Shown in pieces: positions 26,273 through 34,612 of a stretch of DNA of 64,000 bases. The position numbers were made by a program, and so were the translations under genes. The notes beneath the pieces are model-generated. The model ran no database searches. It was given only the letters and a program-made list of their open reading frames with translations, and was not told the DNA's origin. The DNA is from an uncultured virus (IMG/VR IMGVR_UViG_3300043473_000028) (taxonomy: Duplodnaviria > Heunggongvirae > Uroviricota > Caudoviricetes), in the IMG/VR virus record IMGVR_UViG_3300043473_000028; one strand, 5' to 3'. Numbering within the stretch: the stretch's first letter is position 1; every line of letters starts with the position of its first letter.

Positions 26273-26779
26273 TTAATGCACCGCCCCGCTGACCGGCTCT
26301 TGCCCCATGGCGTAGAGGTTGCCCATGCCGCCCATGCTGCTATAGCCGTCATGCTCAGGCGGATGCAGCACGCGGGTGCCGTCAGGCTGGTCTTCTACCC
26401 GCCAGACGCTGCTGTGCCGGTCACCGTTGCGGTGCTGGGTGATGACAAGCAGGACATCCTCACGCTGGCTGCGCTGGCTGGGCGGCACGTTCATCAGTTC
26501 AGGCTGGGTGCGCGGGTTGACGCGGGCCATCCACGCCTCAGTGATGAAGCTGTAAGCGTCAATACGTTCCCTATCAAGGGTGGCGCGCATCTCACCGATG
26601 ATGCGTTTTTTCTCTTCATGGCTGTCCCATGGGGCGTAGGTCAGGCCAACCTCACTGTCGCCCCGCCACATCATGAACATGGGCGGGGCGATGCGGCCCT
26701 TGGTGACGATTGCGTCTACGGCAAAATGGCTGGCGCAGATGTGCTTGTCAGCTAGGGTCTGGGTCTTGACGCGGGTCAT
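26273..26779 (-). CDS. Hypothetical phage protein
   Basis: YSFITEAW...PSQRSQREDVL motif. Confidence 0.7.
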   Translation of the reverse strand: MTRVKTQTLADKHICASHFAVDAIVTKGRIAPPMFMMWRGDSEVGLTYAPWDSHEEKKRIIGEMRATLDRERIDAYSFITEAWMARVNPRTQPELMNVPPSQRSQREDVLLVITQHRNGDRHSSVWRVEDQPDGTRVLHPPEHDGYSSMGGMGNLYAMGQEPVSGAVH

Positions 26780-26783
26780 TCAT

Positions 26784-27725
26784 CTATTCCTTAACACGGT
26801 AGAACATTCTGTGCAGCGTCTCAGCGTCCCGGAAATTGATCTTGGATGAGCGCACCGGCACCACGGTGCCGCTCTTGAGATGGCGCAGGTGGCCGCGCCG
26901 CCAATGGGCCACAGGGCTGGCGTGGTGGCCGCCCTGCGCTGTCCGCCCGCTGGGGCGGGCAGTGGTGTAGGCGGTGACGTACTCGCGCGTGTGCACCGTG
27001 TGGTGGCCGGGGATAGGGTCTTTGCCGTGCTTGGCGCGGGCCTTGTTGAGCTTGACCGGGGGCTCAGCGTGGGTGATCGGGATGGATGCATCGGCCAGCA
27101 GCCGCAGCATGGTGACCAGAGGGTCCAGACTATTGCTTCCCCGGTTGCGCTGTTCAAGCAATGTCTCAGTGACGCCCTTGGGGTAGCGCATGGCGGCGGG
27201 CGTGACCATGGTCTGGCCGATGGCTTCAACCATCACCGACACCATGTCATAGATCAGGATGCAGTCGCCCATCTGGGTGATGGGCGTGCGCAGGCCATAC
27301 ATCTCAATCACCAGAATGGCGTCAGCGGTGACCGGATGAGGAACAACCAAATAGCCATTATAGCCGCCCTCCCAACTGGTGACGCCAAGCCAGCTATCGT
27401 AGGGGTGGGCAAGCTCACCGCCCTCAAACAGGGTGCGGCTGGCCACGCTCTCACGCTTGATCACGTCATTGGGAATGAAGCCAAAGTCAATCATCCGGCC
27501 ATCCGCCACCACACCCTTGATCAGGTTCAGCAGAAACCGCACGTCATGGTCTTCAGTGATGGCCAGCATCGGGTTGATGGCGATGGTGCCAGCGCCCAAC
27601 GCCGCCGTGCGGAATTGGGCTGCGCTCTTCATCGCCCAGTCAGGCAGATGCGTGAACATCAGGCTGATGGCGCTGGCCGCAAGGTCTTGGGGCATCAGGC
27701 CCAGATCATCCTTGAGGATGGTCAT
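26784..27725 (-). CDS. Hypothetical protein with C-terminal HASPVAHWRRGHLR motif
   Basis: KLNKARAKHGKDP...HASPVAHWRRGHLRHL. Confidence 0.75.
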   Translation of the reverse strand: MTILKDDLGLMPQDLAASAISLMFTHLPDWAMKSAAQFRTAALGAGTIAINPMLAITEDHDVRFLLNLIKGVVADGRMIDFGFIPNDVIKRESVASRTLFEGGELAHPYDSWLGVTSWEGGYNGYLVVPHPVTADAILVIEMYGLRTPITQMGDCILIYDMVSVMVEAIGQTMVTPAAMRYPKGVTETLLEQRNRGSNSLDPLVTMLRLLADASIPITHAEPPVKLNKARAKHGKDPIPGHHTVHTREYVTAYTTARPSGRTAQGGHHASPVAHWRRGHLRHLKSGTVVPVRSSKINFRDAETLHRMFYRVKE

Positions 27726-27946
27726 GACAGGCCCTCCTTATTGCGGCGCAGCACCTTGAGGTGGTGCTGGCGGATGGCCAGAATGAGGTGCACCAGTTGC
27801 GTCACGTCGGCCTGAAGGTCAGGCTTGGTGTAGTTGCGGGCGTCATAGCCGTGCAGGTTGCTGAGCAGGGTGGTGATGATGGGCAGATCGTTCTTGCTGT
27901 TGTCCAGCAGATCAAACCATTCCATATGGTCAAGGGCGCGGGTCAT
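27722..27946 (-). CDS. Hypothetical protein
   Basis: Coupled ORF (MTRALDHMEWF...). Confidence 0.55.
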   Translation of the reverse strand: MTRALDHMEWFDLLDNSKNDLPIITTLLSNLHGYDARNYTKPDLQADVTQLVHLILAIRQHHLKVLRRNKEGLS

Positions 27947-28149
27947 GCGCGCCCCCAACGGTAGCCTTGGTCAATCACCAGCGGTGCCATCCAGTGCTGG
28001 TCGGGGCGCAGCACGATGACACCGGCCCAGCCGCCCGGCGCGGGCGCGGCGGCAGCTTGGACGTTGGGCAGGCCCAGCCGCTCAGCGGCGGCTTGGGCTT
28101 GCTTCTCAGACGGGTAGATGGTGGTGGGCGGGGTGGTGTACGGCATCAC
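27943..28149 (-). CDS. Hypothetical protein
   Basis: Coupled ORF. Confidence 0.55.
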   Translation of the reverse strand: MMPYTTPPTTIYPSEKQAQAAAERLGLPNVQAAAAPAPGGWAGVIVLRPDQHWMAPLVIDQGYRWGRA

Positions 28150-28442
28150 GCAGCCACCTGCGTGAAGCCCATGCTGGCCACCTCAAAGGTGCCGCCCGGC
28201 GTGACAAAGCGGTCACCTACCATGGATGAGCGGTGGCCGTAGATGTGGCCACCGTGGACGCGCAGCGGCAGGCGCACGGTGACGGCGGGGTTGTAGTCGG
28301 GATTACCGGGCTTTGACCAAGAGCCTTCAATGTTCTGGGTGCAGACCCAAGCAAATTCCAGAGCGGCGTCACGGTCAAGCTGGTCAGGCGCGTTGACGGT
28401 GGCAACGTGCACATCGCCAGAGAAGTAGACTTCAATGTTCAT
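28146..28442 (-). CDS. Hypothetical phage protein
   Basis: TQNIEGSWS...RSSMVGDRF...FEVASMGF. Confidence 0.65.
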   Translation of the reverse strand: MNIEVYFSGDVHVATVNAPDQLDRDAALEFAWVCTQNIEGSWSKPGNPDYNPAVTVRLPLRVHGGHIYGHRSSMVGDRFVTPGGTFEVASMGFTQVAA

Positions 28443-28474
28443 GGTGGTTTACCCTTTGGTTGGTTTGACGGGTA

Positions 28475-28504
28475 ACCCTACCACTCCTCTCATGCCAGTG
28501 TAAA
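28475..28504 (-). promoter_or_regulatory. Promoter TTTACA-N18-TAGGGT (weaker match)
   Basis: Conserved -35; CCAACCAAAGGG leader follows. Confidence 0.5.
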
Positions 28505-28511
28505 GCGAATA

Positions 28512-28922
28512 TTAGCGCGCATCCCGCCGCAGCGATATCTCAGGATCGGTGCTTTCAACCACAAAGCCAAAGTCTTCAAACAGGCCGGTCAGCCGCTGCG
28601 GGTCAACGTCGGGCTCATAGTTGCGGATGATGCAGGTGCAGGGCATACGGTCGGCATCCAGATCAAGCATGACTTGGGTGAGCAGCGCGCGCATGTGGCC
28701 CATGCCCCGCTTGGTGCGGTTGGCGATATGGACGTAGACGATGCGGTGAGCCTCCCCGGATGAGCCCAGCGCCATGCTGACCAACGCCGGGTCCGTATCG
28801 TAGGTCTGCTGGGTGAACGGGCCGGTGGGCACCTCACGCGTGGTGGCCTGCGGCGCAGCCGTCAGGCTGGTGTTGGGCTCAGGCGGGTGCAGGCGGGCAG
28901 GGTCATAGGTGAAGGTGGCCAT
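28512..28922 (-). CDS. GNAT-like acetyltransferase
   Basis: KRGMGHMRALL (motif A-like) and LTGLFEDFGF. Confidence 0.55.
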   Translation of the reverse strand: MATFTYDPARLHPPEPNTSLTAAPQATTREVPTGPFTQQTYDTDPALVSMALGSSGEAHRIVYVHIANRTKRGMGHMRALLTQVMLDLDADRMPCTCIIRNYEPDVDPQRLTGLFEDFGFVVESTDPEISLRRDAR

Positions 28923-28937
28923 GCCCGCCAGCGTAGC

Positions 28938-29429
28938 CTATGCGGGCCGCCATGTCAGGTGGTGGCGTTTATCATCCCATCTGAAGTCGGTGCGGCGCAG
29001 GCCCTTGGCCAGAAGCTCAGCCTCTGTCAGGCCGGGCTCATACAGCGCATAGCGGGCGTGGGCGTTGCTGCCGGGCTTCTTGGGGTTGGGCAGCACGCTG
29101 ACCAGCACGCGGGTGGCCTTGGCGGCCTTGGTGGCGGCCAGCGGGCGCTTGACCGGGGGCGTGGTGGCGATCTTGGGGTAGGGCTTGGGGTTCAGTTGGG
29201 CGTCAGGCTGGCACTTGGTGACAAGGCCCTTGAGGCAGGCGGCGGCGATCAGGGCGCGCATGTCACGGCTCTGTTCAAGCCGTTGCAGGGCGGTCTGTGG
29301 CGTCAGCTTTTCTTGAACCAAGATGCGGTCAAGGGGCAGGGCGGCGGATGGCGTGGGGATGTTCAGGGCCTTGCAGACGGCCAATTGGTCAGCCGCGCTC
29401 AGGCCGGTGAAGGCTGTGGCGTCTATCAC
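28938..29429 (-). CDS. Protein with C-terminal NPKK domain
   Basis: VLVSVLPNPKKPGSNAHARYALYEPGLTEAELLAKGLRRTDFRWD. Confidence 0.75.
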   Translation of the reverse strand: MIDATAFTGLSAADQLAVCKALNIPTPSAALPLDRILVQEKLTPQTALQRLEQSRDMRALIAAACLKGLVTKCQPDAQLNPKPYPKIATTPPVKRPLAATKAAKATRVLVSVLPNPKKPGSNAHARYALYEPGLTEAELLAKGLRRTDFRWDDKRHHLTWRPA

Positions 29430-29456
29430 GGGTTGGTACTCCTATCCAGAGCGGGC

Positions 29457-29487
29457 AGCTTGCACTGGGGGCTGGCCCAGTGCAAGC
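29457..29487 (-). promoter_or_regulatory. 12-bp inverted repeat overlapping a TTGCAC-N17-CAAGCT promoter-like element
   Basis: GCTTGCACTGGG-N6-CCCAGTGCAAGC. Confidence 0.45.
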
Positions 29488-29495
29488 GGCAGTTG

Positions 29496-30419
29496 TTAGG
29501 CCAGACGCTTTTGGGCAGAGGCACCGGTCAGCGCCGCGCCAAGGTGGACGCTGTTGCCCGCCGCCATGCCCGCGTCACGGGCGCTCTGGTTGCCGCTGGT
29601 CTTGATGTGGGTGGCCTTGCCAGCCCGCAGCTTCATGCCGGTGGCCTTGAACTGCTCGTCTACAACGGCGTTCTTGATCACCATCAGGTTGGTGCCGGTG
29701 GTGGTGACCAGCGTCTCAGGGTGGCGGGCCTTGCGCATCTCACGCAGCCGGGCGTTGACGCGGCCAGAGAAGCCCAGCATGAACTCATTGCGGTTGCGCT
29801 TGGTGTTGTAGAACTGGGTGTCTTTGAAGACGGCGTAGCTGCTGTTCATTGAGGCTTCAATGACGCGCATCAGGTAGGTGGCCACCTCAACATCTTGGGG
29901 GAACCCAAAGAACACCGTCATGCCGGTGCCGATGCGGTGCCAGATGCGGCAGTCACAGTAGGCGGCCACGGCCACGCCGCACCAGTAGCTCTCATGCTTG
30001 CGGGCGCGGTTGCCGCCGTGCACGCCTTGGGTGCACGTTTCATCGCGCAGTTCAGTCTCAGAGCTTTCAATGCCGTACTTGTCCATGAGATGGCCAGCTT
30101 TCTCAGCGGCGGCCATGGCTTCTTGTTCGGTACAGCCGTTTTCTACGGTCTTGGACAGCAGGGCGCGGATGCGGCCCACGGCGGCGCTGCGGTTGCCAGA
30201 GCCGGGGGTTGGGGCGTCGGGGCCCGCCTCAAGGGTGGTGGTGCGGATGTAGCCCTTTTCTTCATCGTTGCGCAGATCGGAGCGCTTGCCGCCCGCGTTG
30301 AGAAACTGGTCAGGCGTCATGCCGTCACGGTACAGGTTGAACCGCCGCCAAGCGTTGGTGCCGGGCTTCTTGGGGTTGCTGCTGACCAGCAGCGTGATTT
30401 TTGAGAACAGATATTTCAC
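29496..30419 (-). CDS. N-terminal NPKK domain fused to a DUF2786-like protein
   Basis: ITLLVSSNPKKPGTNAWRRFNLYRDGMT; RIRALLSKTVENGCTEQEAMAAAEKAGHLMDKYGI. Confidence 0.8.
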   Translation of the reverse strand: MKYLFSKITLLVSSNPKKPGTNAWRRFNLYRDGMTPDQFLNAGGKRSDLRNDEEKGYIRTTTLEAGPDAPTPGSGNRSAAVGRIRALLSKTVENGCTEQEAMAAAEKAGHLMDKYGIESSETELRDETCTQGVHGGNRARKHESYWCGVAVAAYCDCRIWHRIGTGMTVFFGFPQDVEVATYLMRVIEASMNSSYAVFKDTQFYNTKRNRNEFMLGFSGRVNARLREMRKARHPETLVTTTGTNLMVIKNAVVDEQFKATGMKLRAGKATHIKTSGNQSARDAGMAAGNSVHLGAALTGASAQKRLA

Positions 30420-30451
30420 GGGTAAACCTCACGGGTTAAGTTGGACGCTGG

Positions 30452-30480
30452 ATTATCCAGCGCCCATGGTTGGTTGTAAA
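30452..30480 (-). promoter_or_regulatory. Promoter TTTACA-N17-GATAAT
   Basis: Near-consensus sigma70 promoter, preceded by CTCCC. Confidence 0.7.
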
Positions 30481-30491
30481 GGGAGCGGCTT

Positions 30492-30887
30492 TTAGTGGCC
30501 GTGCGCCTCAAGCACGTCCAGCTTGGGCGCGATGGCGTCCATGATGCTGTTGGCCAGCGCGTTGTCAGAATGATCAGCGATCACCTCATAGCCCGCGTTG
30601 CCGTAGATCAGGCTGAAGACGGCGCTGGCGGTGCCGTCAGCGTTGCGCACGCGCAGCGTGTCGGTGTCGGTGCTGGCCAGCGCGCAGAGGATGGCGTGGT
30701 GGTCAGATGACCGCAACAGGCACCACTCACCGCCGTCATGGACGCTGACGGTGAGGTTGCGGCGCAGGCATTCAGCGATCAGGTAGCTGCAAGCCTGCTG
30801 TTCAGCGCGCAGGCGCTTGGCCAGATCGGTGTGCCCGGCTTCACGGGCGCGCTCAGCGTAGGTGGTAAAGGCAGTTTTTTGGGTCAC
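30492..30887 (-). CDS. Hypothetical early protein
   Basis: Likely GTG 30887 in CCCGTGA; VSVHDGGEW...LIYGNAGYEVIADHS. Confidence 0.65.
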   Translation of the reverse strand: MTQKTAFTTYAERAREAGHTDLAKRLRAEQQACSYLIAECLRRNLTVSVHDGGEWCLLRSSDHHAILCALASTDTDTLRVRNADGTASAVFSLIYGNAGYEVIADHSDNALANSIMDAIAPKLDVLEAHGH

Positions 30888-30921
30888 GGGTAATTCCCTT
30901 TGGTTGGTTGGTGACGCTCGT

Positions 30922-30950
30922 CTTATGTCACATATTTTTGCTTGGCGCAA
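30922..30950 (-). promoter_or_regulatory. Promoter TTGCGC-N17-CATAAG
   Basis: First promoter of the minus-strand block; CATAAGACGA shared with 24780. Confidence 0.5.
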
Positions 30951-30959
30951 GCCCCTAGA

Positions 30960-31335
30960 CGAGTAGCTGTTTTTGACCTGCTTTTTAGAGGGGTTTGGGC
31001 TTGCCAACCGGGGGGGTTTGGGGTAGGTTCAGGCATCCCTTAAATCATCATGAATTTTTCCGCTTAGCGTTATAGCAGTTTACGCGCGCGCGCATCCCTC
31101 CCACTATGGTGCAACGTAAAGTAAACGCTAAGGCGCTTAAACGCTATATGGGGGCAAATTGTCTAATAGTAACATACGCGTACGCCCGCCCGTTAGTTAG
31201 CACTCATAGCGTTTCTTTACGCATATGCCATAACCAACCCCCGGTTGACGCAACGTCAACTAGGTGGGTGGCAGACCCCCCGGCTGTCAAATTCTAGCGG
31301 TCTTTACGCCCCCGGCTGACGCGCCTATAGATGTG
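30960..31335. other. AT-richer divergent intergenic region with repeats (candidate pac/terminus/origin)
   Basis: AACGCTA x4 in both orientations, CCCCGGYTG x3, GTTGACG-CAA-CGTCAAC palindrome; directly upstream of terS. Confidence 0.45.
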
Positions 31336-31337
31336 CT

Positions 31338-31853
31338 ATGGCAAGGCTCACACCACAGGTCACAATTTACCAGCCCCGGTGGGCAGAAGATGACTACCGC
31401 CGCAGGCCCAAAGATTTTGATCCCGACATCACGCTGATGATCATTGAGCGGGTGATGAATGGTGAGACGTTGAACGCCCTGTGCGCCAACAACCGTGACT
31501 ACCCGCTGCCGGGCACGTTTCTGCTGTGGCTTGAGCAAGAGCCCGACATGGCCGCCCGCTACCGCAGGGCCAAGAGCATTCAGGCTGAGCTTTTGGTTGA
31601 CGGCCTGCTTGAGGATGGCAAGGCGGGCACGTGGGATGCGGGCACGCGCGTGATGGCGGGCAAGCACTACGTTGAGAAGTCAGACCCCGGCCGCTACGGG
31701 CCAAAGGCCACGATCTTCACGCCGCCACCCGCTGAGCCTGAAATCACCAACGTTGAGGTGGCCGCAGCCGTCAAGGCCAAGGTCAACCAGATGGTGGATC
31801 GCATGGCGGCGCGCAAGAAAGCTGAGCAACGCAAAAATGAGGAAGCAAGCTAA
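31338..31853 (+). CDS. terS: Terminase small subunit (Sf6-like HTH)
   Basis: IIERVMNGETLNALC...PLPGTFLLWL...ARYRRAK...PGRYG. Confidence 0.8.
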   Translation: MARLTPQVTIYQPRWAEDDYRRRPKDFDPDITLMIIERVMNGETLNALCANNRDYPLPGTFLLWLEQEPDMAARYRRAKSIQAELLVDGLLEDGKAGTWDAGTRVMAGKHYVEKSDPGRYGPKATIFTPPPAEPEITNVEVAAAVKAKVNQMVDRMAARKKAEQRKNEEAS

Positions 31854-32327
31854 ATGGCCGCCACCCTACGCACAACCAGCCGCTACATCCAGACCAATGA
31901 GCCCGCCTATCACGGCAAGGGCAAGTACGCCTACGGCATCAAGCGCATCGGCAACGTCTACCGCGCCTACCGCGTGAACGGCGGCAAGTACACCGGCATG
32001 AGCGCCAAGCAGGCCGATCACCCAACCAAGGCGGCGGCGCTGGCGTGGGCGCAGGCAGACTTCAACGCGGCGCGGCCGGGCACCGTTGCCCCGACGACGA
32101 CCACAGCCAGCTACGTTCAGCCAGCCATCGGGGCAACGGTGCCTGTGTCGGTGGCCAGCGCTACCGGGTTGGCGGTGGGCCAGAACGCCACCATCGGCTC
32201 AGGCGGCAAGTATGAAATCACCGCCATTGCCGGGCTGAGCATCACCTGCAAGAACCTTGGCACTGGTTCCATACAGGGTGTCACCGTGCCAACGGCGCAG
32301 GCGTTCACGGTGGTGGGCGCTTGGTAA
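31854..32327 (+). CDS. Hypothetical two-domain protein
   Basis: Basic N-half (GIKRIGNVYRAYR..HPTKAAALAWA) and beta-rich T/A/G C-half. Confidence 0.65.
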   Translation: MAATLRTTSRYIQTNEPAYHGKGKYAYGIKRIGNVYRAYRVNGGKYTGMSAKQADHPTKAAALAWAQADFNAARPGTVAPTTTTASYVQPAIGATVPVSVASATGLAVGQNATIGSGGKYEITAIAGLSITCKNLGTGSIQGVTVPTAQAFTVVGAW

Positions 32328-32599
32328 ACCTGCGGACGGTGGGGCCAGAAAGCCCCCCGGATGCCACGGCTGAGCCGCCCCCGGTCTATGTGGTCAGGGT
32401 GGCGATCTTCACGCCTAGAGGGCGCATGATGGGCCTGCTTGAGAGCCCGTGGTCAGGGCCGCATACCATCGGTGACCTGTGCAATAACCTGATTGCCGTG
32501 AACAAGGAACGGCCAGACCTAGACCAATGCCGCATTGAGGTGAGGTGGGTGCGGCAAAGAAATCACCCTGCTGAGGCGGGCTCAGGCAGCAGCGAATGA
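32321..32599 (+). CDS. Hypothetical protein
   Basis: TTG-start ORF overlapping the previous stop. Confidence 0.45.
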   Translation: MVNLRTVGPESPPDATAEPPPVYVVRVAIFTPRGRMMGLLESPWSGPHTIGDLCNNLIAVNKERPDLDQCRIEVRWVRQRNHPAEAGSGSSE

Positions 32600-32659
32600 G
32601 TAAGCCACAGCGGTGATGGGGCGTGCCCGGCTTGCGCACACGGGCCGGGCACCCTCACA

Positions 32660-32962
32660 TCAGGCGTTGCGCATCTGAAAGCCGGGCGCACCGGGCAGGC
32701 TGAAGCGGGTGACCTTGCGCGTACCCCGCAGATCGGCCCAGCCGCAGAAGATGCCCAGCGCCTTCTCTATGGACAGCACAAGGCTGTTCATGTCCTCAGG
32801 GCACACAACATCGTCCGGTGACCATGGTGTCATCGGGCGCAGTTCATGGGTTTTCATCAGCGGCACGCCGTTGAGCGTGACCATGTAGCAGACGCGCAGG
32901 CCGTCAGGGCCATCGGCTTCATCGGCCATTCGGTATAGTTTCAGGGTAGGTGTTTTATCCAT
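32660..32962 (-). CDS. Hypothetical protein (reverse-oriented, moron-like)
   Basis: Lone minus-strand ORF with GGGG SD and AT-rich upstream region, between terS and terL. Confidence 0.55.
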   Translation of the reverse strand: MDKTPTLKLYRMADEADGPDGLRVCYMVTLNGVPLMKTHELRPMTPWSPDDVVCPEDMNSLVLSIEKALGIFCGWADLRGTRKVTRFSLPGAPGFQMRNA

Positions 32963-33184
32963 GACAGACCCCCATAAAAGCTTTGGTATATATTCCCACG
33001 GGCAAAATACAAGTTGCCTGAAGCATTTGCGTTAGAAATTCATTGACAGTGGCCCATTTACATAATTGCCGTGGGAAGCTACGTTGCCACCGGGCACCCC
33101 TTTTGCCCTGCCGCCCCCGTTGTGTGTACCCCTATCCAGAGTGTGCGCGCGGGGGCGGCTTCATTCTTGGTCAGGAATGACTGC

Positions 33185-34612
33185 TTGAACGCCAACGTAG
33201 CAGCGGCTTCATTGCTGGCTGAATTGCCCGCGCATGAGCGGGAAATCTTTTTCATGAGCCTCAGCAAAGAAGAGGCTGACTATCTGCTCTATGACTGGTC
33301 GTTCTGGGGCCGCCCAAGCCAGCAAGAGCCGCCCGGTGACTGGGCCGTGTGGGCGGCGCTGGCGGGCCGTGGCTTTGGCAAGACGCGCATGGGCAGTGAA
33401 TGGGTGCGGGCCATGATGTGCGGGTCCACGCCGCTGGCGCGTGGACGCTGCGGGCACATGGCGCTGGTGGCTGAGACGGCGGCCGACGCCCGCGATGTCA
33501 TGGTGCAGAGCGCAGGCGGCATCCTGAAGTGCCATCCACCTGAGTTCAGGCCGGTCTACACCCCCAGCCTGCGCAAGCTGACATGGCCCAACGGGGCCAC
33601 GGCGCACACCTACAGCGCGGATGACCCTGAGCAGCTACGCGGGCCTGAGCATGAGGCAGCGTGGTCAGATGAGCTTGCCAAGTGGCGCTACGCGCAAGAA
33701 ACGTGGGACATGTTGCAGTTCGGTTTGCGCGTGGGCGACAACCCAAAGCAACTGGTCACCACAACCCCGCGCCCGATACCCCTGATCAAGGAATTGCTTG
33801 AAGCCCCCGACACCTACATCACGCGGGGCAGCACCTACGAAAACTATGAAAACCTGAGCGTCAAGTTCATCAGCAAGATGCAACAGCGCTATGAGGGCAC
33901 GCGCCTTGGCCGCCAAGAGCTTCATGCTGAGGTGCTTGACGATGTGCCGGGCGCGCTGTGGACGCGCAAGATGCTTGAGATGCGGGGGCCGGGCAACCCG
34001 TTTGGCGCGGGGATGCATCGCGGTGAAGAGCTACCCGACATGCAGCGGGTGGTGGTGGGTGTGGACCCGTCAGGCACCCAAGGTGAAATCAGCATGCGGC
34101 GGGCTGAGGTGCGCGGTGGCGATCATGACGATGAGGTGGGCGATGACATCGGCATCGTCTGCGCGGGCCTTGGTGAAGACGGCATGATCTACGTGCTGGA
34201 TGACGCCACGGTGAACTGGGGCCCAGCCGACTGGGCCCGGCGCGTTGTCCAGACGTACAAGACGCATGAGGCTGACATGATCGTGGGTGAGGCCAACTTT
34301 GGCGGGGCCATGGTTGAGCATACCATACGCACGGTGGACAAGCGCGTTCCCTACCGGCCTGTGCACGCCAGCCGGGGCAAAGCAGTGCGTGCAGAACCTA
34401 TTGCGGCGCTGTATGAACAGGGTAGGGTGCGTCACGTCTATGGCCAGCATCTGGCCAAGCTGGAAGACCAAATGATCTTCATGACACAGCGCGGATATGA
34501 GGGGGCGGGTTCACCAGACCGCCTAGACGCCGCCGTGTGGGCGATCACCGATCTGATGTTTGGCAAATCGGCCAGAGGCGGTGTCGTTGCGCTGAGAGGG
34601 GGGCATCACTGA
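33185..34612 (+). CDS. terL: Terminase large subunit (likely TTG start at 33185; ORF open from 33071)
   Basis: AGRGFGKTR Walker A, LRGPEHEAAWSDELAKW, VTTTPRP, VVGVDP nuclease motif, SPDRLDAAVWA. Confidence 0.93.
   Translation: MNANVAAASLLAELPAHEREIFFMSLSKEEADYLLYDWSFWGRPSQQEPPGDWAVWAALAGRGFGKTRMGSEWVRAMMCGSTPLARGRCGHMALVAETAADARDVMVQSAGGILKCHPPEFRPVYTPSLRKLTWPNGATAHTYSADDPEQLRGPEHEAAWSDELAKWRYAQETWDMLQFGLRVGDNPKQLVTTTPRPIPLIKELLEAPDTYITRGSTYENYENLSVKFISKMQQRYEGTRLGRQELHAEVLDDVPGALWTRKMLEMRGPGNPFGAGMHRGEELPDMQRVVVGVDPSGTQGEISMRRAEVRGGDHDDEVGDDIGIVCAGLGEDGMIYVLDDATVNWGPADWARRVVQTYKTHEADMIVGEANFGGAMVEHTIRTVDKRVPYRPVHASRGKAVRAEPIAALYEQGRVRHVYGQHLAKLEDQMIFMTQRGYEGAGSPDRLDAAVWAITDLMFGKSARGGVVALRGGHH

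Noticed and set aside
33071..33184. N-terminal extension of TerL from GTG 33071
   Set aside because: No SD there; AGGA precedes TTG 33185, where terminase-like sequence begins
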